The notes beneath the pieces were generated by a model that saw only the letters and a program-made list of their open reading frames with translations, was not told where the DNA came from and searched no databases. Of a stretch of DNA of 64,000 bases, positions 56,676 through 64,000 are shown piece after piece. Each line of letters begins with the position of its first letter. Positions within the stretch are counted from its first letter, which is position 1. Source of the stretch: Armatimonadota bacterium. GTDB lineage: Bacteria; Armatimonadota; Zipacnadia; Zipacnadales; UBA5352. The position numbers and the translations under genes were made by a program. The stretch is from the NCBI GenBank assembly GCA_034722055.1, contig JAYENL010000242.1, positions 72,609-136,608 on the forward strand. Direction: 5' to 3'.

Positions 56676-58031
56676 TCACTCCCCGGCCGCGCACCTGTCG
56701 GGATCGGTCTCCTCGACCGCCAGGTGCTCCGGGACGCGGTCGTGGGAGACCAGGTCCGCCAGCGTCTCCCGCTCCACCAGCAGCTCGTCATGGCCGTCGC
56801 GGCAGAGCACCACGGCGGGCCGCGTGAAGCGGTTGTAGTTGGACGCCATCGCGTAGGTGTAGGCCCCCGTGGCGAAGACCGCCAGCAGGTCGCCGGGCTC
56901 GGCCTCCCCGATGTGCACGTCGTCGATGAGCGTGTCAGCCTCGCAGTGCTTGCCCGCCACGCGAACCCACTGCGTGGGCTCCTGTCCGGCGCGGTTCGCC
57001 ACCACGGCCTCGTAGACGGCGTCATACAGCGCCGGCCGCGGATTGTCCGAGAGCCCGCCGTCCACCGAGATGTAGGTGCGCAGGTCCGGGATCTCCTTGA
57101 CCACGCCAATGGTGTAGACGGTCACCCCGGCCTCGCCGACGATGGAGCGTCCGGGCTCAACAATCAGACGCGGCTGGGACAGGTTGCGGGCGGCCAGACG
57201 CTCCTGCAGCCGCGGGCAGATGGCCTCGGCCAGCTCCGCCACGGAGGGCGGACGGTCCAGCTCGGTATAGCGGATGCCCAGGCCCCCGCCCAGGTCCAGG
57301 TCCTCGCACTCGAAGCCCAGCTCGTCACGCATGCGGGCCATGACCTCCACCATCTGGTCAACCGTGTGCTCGAACGAGTCAGTCTCCAAGAGCTGGCTGC
57401 CGATGTGGCAGTGCAGCCCCCGCAGCCGCAGATTCTCGAGCTCCATGGCCATCTCGATGCCCTCGCGGGCCTCCCCCGCGTAGATGCCCAGGCCGAACTT
57501 GCTGTCCACCTGACCGGTCTGGATGAGCTCGTGGGTGTGGGTGTGGACGCCCGGGCGGATACGAATAAGCACGTCCACGACCTTGCCCATCTTCTGCGCC
57601 CACGCCCGAAGCTGCCGCAGCTCGATGAGGCTGTCCACCACCACGCGGCCCACGTCGGCCTCCAGGGCCATGCGGTACTCCTGGTTGGACTTGTAGTTGC
57701 CATGCATCTTGATGCGCTCGGCGGGGAAGTCGGCCTGCAGGGCGGTGTAGAGCTCGCCGGCGGAGGCCGCGTCCAGGCCCAGGCCCTCCTGATCCATCAG
57801 CCGCGCCAGTCCTGTCGTCAGACCCGCCTTGGCGGCGTAGGCGATCTCCACATCCGGATATCGCTCGCTGAACTCCCGCGTGTACTCCCGGCACCGGTCG
57901 CGGATGCATTGCTCGTCGTAGAGATACAGGGGCGTCCCGTACTTGTGGGCCAGCTCGACGACGTCACAGCCGCCCACCACGAGGTGCCCCCGCTCGTTGG
58001 CTCTCAGCATCGCGTTCTCAGACATGCCCAC
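56676..58031 (-). CDS. lysA: Diaminopimelate decarboxylase
   Basis: YGTPLYLYD, YAAKA (PLP Lys), SKFG, HCHIGSQ, LGGG, EPGRS, RPALY, GKHCE.D, GAY...MASNYN. Confidence 0.95.
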   Translation of the reverse strand: MGMSENAMLRANERGHLVVGGCDVVELAHKYGTPLYLYDEQCIRDRCREYTREFSERYPDVEIAYAAKAGLTTGLARLMDQEGLGLDAASAGELYTALQADFPAERIKMHGNYKSNQEYRMALEADVGRVVVDSLIELRQLRAWAQKMGKVVDVLIRIRPGVHTHTHELIQTGQVDSKFGLGIYAGEAREGIEMAMELENLRLRGLHCHIGSQLLETDSFEHTVDQMVEVMARMRDELGFECEDLDLGGGLGIRYTELDRPPSVAELAEAICPRLQERLAARNLSQPRLIVEPGRSIVGEAGVTVYTIGVVKEIPDLRTYISVDGGLSDNPRPALYDAVYEAVVANRAGQEPTQWVRVAGKHCEADTLIDDVHIGEAEPGDLLAVFATGAYTYAMASNYNRFTRPAVVLCRDGHDELLVERETLADLVSHDRVPEHLAVEETDPDRCAAGE

Positions 58032-58162
58032 GCTGCCTTCCTGTGCTGCCGCTCACTGCCTCAGAGACGGTCCGCCGCGGCTAATGAATCAGCCCCATGC
58101 GAGCGGCCCTGGGGCTGGGTGACCATCGATCTGATGCCGCCTGCTCCGGCGGCCGGTTTCCC

Positions 58163-60004
58163 CTAGAACTCGTTGCTCGTCAGACAGATCTGACCGGTCT
58201 CGGGATTGTAGGTGACCGTCACGTCCAGGGTGTCGGCGATGAACTGCAGCGGGACCATGGTGCGCCCCTTCTTGATGTAGGGCGCCAACTCCAGCAGCCA
58301 GGGCTGCTCGTTCACCGTCACCGATGGGTCACCGATCTGGATGTGCATCTCGGTCCCCGGTCGAACTGCACGCACCCGCTTCTTGATGGGGTACCAGAAC
58401 AGCACCCCGCCGCTGTGCTCAAAGATCTCCCGCAGCGGTGCGATGGAGATGCCCTCCCGCACCTCGGGCTGCGCCAGCAGCGCGAGCGCCTGCTGGTCGA
58501 AGAGTATCCTGGCCTCCTCGAAGGACATGGCCGCCACCGGCGCGATGGGCGTGCCTTCCGGCAGGGTCAGCCGGCCGTCGGCCGAAATGGTCGCGCGACC
58601 GGCCCGCTCCGGCAGCATCGCGATGCGGGCGGCACCGGCCAGAGCGTCGGCCTCCCGGCTGCGTGCCATCACCGTGCTGTCCGCTGGGGTCACGGACCCA
58701 GCCGGCTCGGCGACGGCACTTGGGGCGAGGCTCCGCTCCGGCGTCGTCGTCCGAGCGGCGGCCAGCTCAGTCTCCGGCTCTGCATCCAGTGAGGCCCGCT
58801 GCGCGGCCTGGCCCGCACGGGACACAGCGCCCGTCGCCTCCCCCAGCGCCGCCGTCTCCTCGATTGCCTCATCAGCGGCGGCACCGATCGCCTCGGCAGC
58901 GGCTGGCCGCGTCTCCCGCGGCACAGTCATCCGCGGCGCGAAGTCGGCGGCCGCCAGGACAGCACCGCCAAGCTCATCATCGGGCGTTGCCACGGCCCCG
59001 GAGCCTGCGGTATCGGTTCCGACCCTATCGACGGTTCGCGCGGGCTCCGCTGCGGTAAGCGTTCGGCGGGGCGGCGATGTGCGGCTCCTCGCCGGCTGAT
59101 CGCTGACAGCGGGAACGTAGCCCACACGCGCCGACAGCGCCTCGCTCGGCGGCAGCGCCGCCACCATCTGCGGCTGGTCAGCTCGGTCGCCGAAGGTCGT
59201 CTCCGTTACGCCGGTCTGGGCGCCCACTGCTGGGGCGGGTGGCGCCGCCTGCGCAGCGCCCTCCGCCGCCTGCGTCTGGAGCGATCCCTCGGGCGCCTGG
59301 GTCATGTCATGGTTCCTGACGAAGACGGTGACCTCCGCGGAGGTTCCAGTGTTCTCGTTCTCGTCCATGGCCTTGGCCTGCAGCACATGTGGGCCGTCGG
59401 AGCCCCGCGTCGTGTCCCAGCGCGCCACATACGGCGGGGTGTTCATGAGGAGGGTGTGGAACTTGCCGTCAACGTAGAAGAAGACCGCCGTCACGCCCAC
59501 ATTGTCGGTGGCCTCGGCCTTGACCTCGACCTCACCCGACACCTCGGCGCCCTGTGCCGGGTAGTAGATGCTGATGACAGGCGGAACCCGATCCTGGCCG
59601 TCGGCGCTGACAGTGGCGGCGTCGGCGACGGTGACGGAGATGGTCGCTGAGCCCACCTCACCGGCTGTGTCTGTAGCCCGCGCCCCGACCGTGTGCCTAC
59701 TGCCCGGCGCGGCCGTGAAGTCCCACGAGAAGGTCTTGGACCCCTCCAGCCTGGGGGTCGCCAGCGCGTACTCCCGCGCCACTTGGTCGTCGATCAGCAG
59801 CTCGAGCTCCGCAATCGGCTGGTTCGAGTCGCTGCGATAGGCGACGGTGATGAGCATCTGGCCCTTCACGACGTCGCCGTGCTCGGGATCCGAGATCTTG
59901 ACGACCGGACCGGCGAGGGCGATGGGAGCGGCGGCGTTGACGAGTAGTCCGAGTAGCGCGAGGAGTAACAGGCTACTCCACAGAAGTGAGCCGAGCCTCT
60001 CCAT
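58163..60004 (-). CDS. Secreted protein with two Ig-like domains, an Ala/Pro-rich linker and a C-terminal copper-amine-oxidase N-terminal (stalk) domain
   Basis: ATG after GGAGG; signal peptide; ATDNVGV..V.FYVDG..PPY..WDT; APLREIFE..G, APYIKKGRTMVPLQFI. Confidence 0.82.
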   Translation of the reverse strand: MERLGSLLWSSLLLLALLGLLVNAAAPIALAGPVVKISDPEHGDVVKGQMLITVAYRSDSNQPIAELELLIDDQVAREYALATPRLEGSKTFSWDFTAAPGSRHTVGARATDTAGEVGSATISVTVADAATVSADGQDRVPPVISIYYPAQGAEVSGEVEVKAEATDNVGVTAVFFYVDGKFHTLLMNTPPYVARWDTTRGSDGPHVLQAKAMDENENTGTSAEVTVFVRNHDMTQAPEGSLQTQAAEGAAQAAPPAPAVGAQTGVTETTFGDRADQPQMVAALPPSEALSARVGYVPAVSDQPARSRTSPPRRTLTAAEPARTVDRVGTDTAGSGAVATPDDELGGAVLAAADFAPRMTVPRETRPAAAEAIGAAADEAIEETAALGEATGAVSRAGQAAQRASLDAEPETELAAARTTTPERSLAPSAVAEPAGSVTPADSTVMARSREADALAGAARIAMLPERAGRATISADGRLTLPEGTPIAPVAAMSFEEARILFDQQALALLAQPEVREGISIAPLREIFEHSGGVLFWYPIKKRVRAVRPGTEMHIQIGDPSVTVNEQPWLLELAPYIKKGRTMVPLQFIADTLDVTVTYNPETGQICLTSNEF

Positions 60005-60162
60005 GCAGTGACCCTCCCTGCACGTGTGTGACACCTGGTGCGACCCCGTTCTGCAGCCTATGGCACAACGAACCCGCGGGCCCCGCCGACGCAGCCTGTG
60101 CAGGTACATCGCTCAGGTTCTGCTGTCCCGTCAGCAGGCCCACAGGCGAACACCTTGCGCAG

Positions 60163-60191
60163 ACGGTAGCACAAACCCACCGTCAAGTCAA
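60163..60191 (-). promoter_or_regulatory. Sigma70-type promoter
   Basis: TTGACT-17 nt-TACCGT with TGn extension on the minus strand. Confidence 0.5.
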
Positions 60192-60324
60192 GCGCGGCCC
60201 ACCCCGCCTGATGTACCGCTCTTGGCCTCCCGCGGCTACGCTGCGCCACGATGTTGAGCACACAGTTCCTCGCCGCTGTACACGGACCTTCACGCAGGAG
60301 GAAAAAGCTTGGGCAATCTTGCGC

Positions 60325-61593
60325 TCAGGTCTTGCGCTCCCGCGTCTTCGCGGCCGGGAAGAGGATGTTGTTGAGAATCAACCGGTAGCCGGGCGAGTGC
60401 CGGTGCAGAGACAGGTCGGTGGGGTCTTCGCCGATGATGTGGGCGTAGTCCTCCGGATCGTGACCGCCCAGGAAGGTGAAGGTGCCCTCCACGTAGCCGC
60501 CGTGGATGTACTTGACGCGATCGGCGCCGGGGAAGTCGCCAAGCACCACCACGCTGTCCTTGAGGCACTCGCGCCGGAAGGCCGTCGTCTGCCCCAGGAA
60601 GTCCGCCACCTGCCCCACGTGGCACTGCGTCAGCATGGTGGGGATGGGGTCCTGGCGGGCGGAGAACTCGAACAGCTCGAAGACCTCGCCCTGTGAAACC
60701 ATGGCGGTGGCGCCCGGAGATACGTCGATGTTCGCCACCTCCGGCGTCAGCGGATCGAAGATCAGCCGGAAGTCCTCGAAGGCCAGGGTGGCGGTGGTGT
60801 CAAGCCGCTCCTGGGCGTCCGGCGCCATGGGCGTCCCGTCCACTGGCGCCACCACGATGTCCACGCCCTGAGTGGCCAGGGCGATGTCCAGGCTGTCGGC
60901 GGCCGAGCACATGGCGAACAGGAAGCCGCCCTCCGACACCCAGGCGGCGATGGTGGCCGCCACGGCCTTCTTGCAGGCCTGCACGCTCGGAAAGCCCAGC
61001 TCCTCCGCGGCCTTGCGGGACTCGATGACCTGCCGCCGGTACCACGCCTGATCGGCGAAGCTGGAGAAGAACTTGCCGTAGTTGCCGGTGAAGTCCTCGT
61101 GATGCAGGTGCAGCCAGTCGTACTGGGCCAGCGCCCCGGCCATCACCTCGCGGTCCCAGATGGTATCGTACTCCACCTGCGCGTAGGTCAGGGCCAGCGT
61201 CACGGCATCGTCCCACGGCTCGGTATAGGAGGGGGTGTAGACCGCTATCTTGGGGGCCTTGGTGAGGTGCAGCCGCTGCATGTTGGAGCGCTCGATGGTG
61301 GCGTCCATCTCGGCCTCGTCCGGGGGCGACACGGGCGCCACCGCCACGCCCATCTCCTCAGCGCGGGCCCTGACGTCCGGCAGGTCGGGCACCACGAAGC
61401 TCCCCGCGCGGTAGTTCAGCAGCCACTGGCACTCGTAGCCGCGCGGCTCCTGCAGACACCACCAGGTCAGCCCGTAGGCGCGCAGATGATCCGTCTGCGC
61501 GTCATCCATGGGCACCAGCAGCATCTGCCCGGCGACGGGAAGCGCCATCAGCCAGACGATCAGCACGGCCCCGATGACCCCTGCCGCGCGCAT
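60325..61593 (-). CDS. Secreted conserved protein of the family often auto-labelled asparagine synthetase B (GATase-I-like fold, function unknown)
   Basis: Signal peptide; QTDHLRAYG, WLLNYR.GSF, PWDDAVTLALTYA, DWLHLHHEDFTG.YGKF, GGFLFAMCSA, GGHDPEDY.H, SPGYRLILNN.LFPAA. Confidence 0.78.
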   Translation of the reverse strand: MRAAGVIGAVLIVWLMALPVAGQMLLVPMDDAQTDHLRAYGLTWWCLQEPRGYECQWLLNYRAGSFVVPDLPDVRARAEEMGVAVAPVSPPDEAEMDATIERSNMQRLHLTKAPKIAVYTPSYTEPWDDAVTLALTYAQVEYDTIWDREVMAGALAQYDWLHLHHEDFTGNYGKFFSSFADQAWYRRQVIESRKAAEELGFPSVQACKKAVAATIAAWVSEGGFLFAMCSAADSLDIALATQGVDIVVAPVDGTPMAPDAQERLDTTATLAFEDFRLIFDPLTPEVANIDVSPGATAMVSQGEVFELFEFSARQDPIPTMLTQCHVGQVADFLGQTTAFRRECLKDSVVVLGDFPGADRVKYIHGGYVEGTFTFLGGHDPEDYAHIIGEDPTDLSLHRHSPGYRLILNNILFPAAKTRERKT

Positions 61594-61625
61594 GCGCCCT
61601 CGCCCAAGTTGAGCGCGTGATCGAT

Positions 61626-62975
61626 TCAGTCGCCACTCACCTCCGGCAGGACCACCAGCGTGGCCTTCTCCTCCGCGATTCGCTGCGGCTCGTCGCCGAT
61701 CTGCCGCTTGAGCACCAGGTGCAGGCTGTACTTCCCCGGCGCGATGTCGGGCAGCTCCAGCTCCGCGCACATCACCGACCCTGACGGAACGATCTCCTCC
61801 CGGGCCACCAGGAGCATCTCGGGAAGCGTGAACAGGGCCAGGATCACCTGCGATTGCGCCAGCATGTTGGGCCGCAGCCGCATCACACCACGGAGCCCCA
61901 TCCGTCGATCTCCGGGGCGCAGGACCCGCCGGCTGGTGGCCATGTCGAGCACGTCCCGCACCGACTGGGTGACCTCCCGGCGGGCCAGGACCCGGTCGTC
62001 CTCGCCCAGCACCGCCAGCTCAAGCTGCACCGGGGTCTGAGCGGCCCGGACCTCGTAGCCGAAGGTGATCTCGCGCGTCGCGCCCGGCTGCAGCGAGAAC
62101 GGCCCCAGCGTGCGCTCCAGCGCGATGCTGTCGCCCTGCCACCAGGTCAGCCGCGGGCGGAGGCTCAGCGGCTGCTCCTCGGGGTTCTCCAGCGTGACGG
62201 TCAGCTCGTTATGCCCCACCATCCCCTCCCCGACGCCGAAGGCCTGCAGGTAGCCGCCGGGAAGGCTGGCCAGCCCGAACTCCGAGGGCTGATGGAAGCC
62301 GCCGCCGGTCGGCGACCAGCACGACAGCTCCGTCTCGCCACCGGCGCGCCGCTCCCGGCAGATGTTCAGGCCGAAGTCGCTGCCCGTGATTCCCAGGCTC
62401 GAGAGGGGCAGCGCCAGCTCCGCGAACCAGGCGTCCTCGCCCACGCTCGCAGCCCGGGCGACCTGTGGATCCCACTCGCCGGCCCCGGGATCGAGCGTGG
62501 CGACCGTCCCGATGGAGTTGATGACGAGCTGTCGCGCGGTCTTCAGGTCCAGGTTCCCGTCCACGAACAGCTCGATGCAGTCATCGCTCCAGACCGGGCC
62601 ATCCTCCTCCCTCACCAAGGCCACCATGCCCTCAGTGTTGGGCTCCTCGGCCCTGACGCCCACGTAGAGGCGCCCGTCGTGGCTGCCCAGCCAGGCGGTG
62701 GTCTGCACGGGAGCTGCGCGCTCGCCGGTGTTGACCATCCACGTGTCGGTCTGCGCCGCCTCCTGCCAGACCGCGTCATCCAGCCGGCCGTCGATCTCAG
62801 GCGCGGACGGCAGCTCCCGGATCACCATCTGCTTGCGCTGCGACAGGTCCACCGGCGGCGGGACCTCCTCCGCCACCTCCGCCCAGCGCACATCCGTCGT
62901 CAGCGTGGGCACCTCGGCGCAGGCGGTCACGGCGGCCACCAGGACTGCGATTGCGGTGATGCTACGCACTCTCAT
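61626..62975 (-). CDS. Secreted CBM9-like sugar-binding domain protein
   Basis: ATG after GGAGG; APEIDGRLDDAVWQ, VWSDDCIELFVD, W.AELALPL..L, WSPT...FHQPSEFG. Confidence 0.8.
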   Translation of the reverse strand: MRVRSITAIAVLVAAVTACAEVPTLTTDVRWAEVAEEVPPPVDLSQRKQMVIRELPSAPEIDGRLDDAVWQEAAQTDTWMVNTGERAAPVQTTAWLGSHDGRLYVGVRAEEPNTEGMVALVREEDGPVWSDDCIELFVDGNLDLKTARQLVINSIGTVATLDPGAGEWDPQVARAASVGEDAWFAELALPLSSLGITGSDFGLNICRERRAGGETELSCWSPTGGGFHQPSEFGLASLPGGYLQAFGVGEGMVGHNELTVTLENPEEQPLSLRPRLTWWQGDSIALERTLGPFSLQPGATREITFGYEVRAAQTPVQLELAVLGEDDRVLARREVTQSVRDVLDMATSRRVLRPGDRRMGLRGVMRLRPNMLAQSQVILALFTLPEMLLVAREEIVPSGSVMCAELELPDIAPGKYSLHLVLKRQIGDEPQRIAEEKATLVVLPEVSGD

Positions 62976-63043
62976 GCCTATCGAGCCTCCGTATCGGGCG
63001 CAGTGCCCGGTATCGATCGCACGGCTGCGGGGCTCATCGATCC

Positions 63044-64000
63044 TCAGCCCTCCAGGTCCTCTTGCAGCGCGACGATGTGAGCGCCGGTCTGGGCGCGGAT
63101 GGCGTCGTAGTCGGCGCCGCTGAAGCTCCGCTCCGCTGCCACCGAGTAGGGGCTCTCCATGTCGATCTCCTGGATGTCCTCGGGGAGCTGCGGCATCATG
63201 GCCTCGATCTGCTGCAGCCAACTCTCGGCCTCCGCCACGTCGATGCCCGCCGCCCGAGCCCGCTCGATGGTCTCCTCCAGCGTGCGGATGTAACGCATGT
63301 CGTCGTAGCCCTCACGGAAGGCCTCATAGTGGAGCGTAGAGATCAGCCGGGTGGGGTCATCGGGATGCGGGAAGGCGTAGCCGAAGTCGAAGCGCTCGGC
63401 GTCGGTATCATCGAAGGGGCTGCCACCGTAGGAGTAGTACATCCACGGCACGTGCACCTCCAGCGGCGAGGCCCACATGAACAGCCCGTTGATGAAGCGG
63501 TTCCACTCGGCGTGGAAGAACGAGCCGCGCATGTTGTGGTACATCCAGCCATCGTCCCCGGCCTCATCCAGCATCTGCGCCAGGTCGTCCCAGTCGTGGC
63601 CGGACTTGAGCCACTCCTCCAGCGAGTGGCCGTTGATGCTGCGCACGTCGATCCAGGGGTCGGACCGCTCCATGTACTCCTCCCACCGGCCCGGACTCAT
63701 GTGCAGCGTGATGTAGATGCGGAAGTCGCTGGTCTTGCGGATGACCTCGGCGTAGTCGAGATAGCGCGGCATCCGCCCGCGGCCGAAGACCTCGTCCATG
63801 TGCGTGAGCAGAAACTCGTACTCGTCGAACTCGCTCTCAAGCTGCTTCAGCTCCGCGAAACAGCGGCGGGCCACATCGAGCAGATCCTCCTGCTCCGACA
63901 CGGGCTCGCCGTGCCCCTCCTCGTCCAGGCCCTGGTAGCCCATCAGCGAGGCCAGCCGCGGCAGGTTATCGTAGACCGTGATCTCGCCGAAGAAGCCGTG
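63044..64000 (-). CDS. C-terminal part of a DUF4091-like glycoside hydrolase domain protein (5' end outside window)
   Basis: Frame is open to the window edge; THMDE, PWMY, STLHYEAFREGYDDMRYIRTL. Confidence 0.75.
   Translation of the reverse strand, partial: HGFFGEITVYDNLPRLASLMGYQGLDEEGHGEPVSEQEDLLDVARRCFAELKQLESEFDEYEFLLTHMDEVFGRGRMPRYLDYAEVIRKTSDFRIYITLHMSPGRWEEYMERSDPWIDVRSINGHSLEEWLKSGHDWDDLAQMLDEAGDDGWMYHNMRGSFFHAEWNRFINGLFMWASPLEVHVPWMYYSYGGSPFDDTDAERFDFGYAFPHPDDPTRLISTLHYEAFREGYDDMRYIRTLEETIERARAAGIDVAEAESWLQQIEAMMPQLPEDIQEIDMESPYSVAAERSFSGADYDAIRAQTGAHIVALQEDLEG

Noticed and set aside
58032..58162. Possible lysine riboswitch upstream of lysA
   Set aside because: The gap is only about 130 nt and lacks recognisable L-box conserved segments.

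Overview
High-GC bacterial chromosomal window with about 45 CDSs. I found no rRNA, tRNA, CRISPR array, transposase or integrase. Gene content (DUF1559-type prepilin/H-X9-DG proteins, DUF4091 and beta-helix secreted proteins, a DUF6785-like permease, a stalk-domain protein) suggests Armatimonadota or a similar lineage; this is inference only. Housekeeping genes: hisS, aspS (non-discriminating signature), rodA, lepB, a HIT hydrolase, and a long minus-strand run of lysA, A-adding NTase, site-2 protease, trpS, G1P thymidylyltransferase, scpA, scpB, a D-Ala-D-Ala carboxypeptidase, rluB and CC-adding NTase. Accessory parts: a darT-darG toxin-antitoxin/defence pair, an excisionase-HTH/PIN pair whose toxin appears to lack a normal ATG, a 3.6 kb insert between hisS and aspS, REP-like hairpin clusters, and secreted putative carbohydrate-active proteins. 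The best candidate for an undescribed system is the minus-strand cluster at about 13.4-24.5 kb. It encodes a mini FtsX permease, a Zn-ribbon LolD/MacB-type ATPase, a 1652-aa fusion of a degenerate M28 peptidase with FtsX, and an OPT-like permease, followed by two pilin-like H-X9-DG proteins. All family assignments come from motif recognition by eye, not from database searches.
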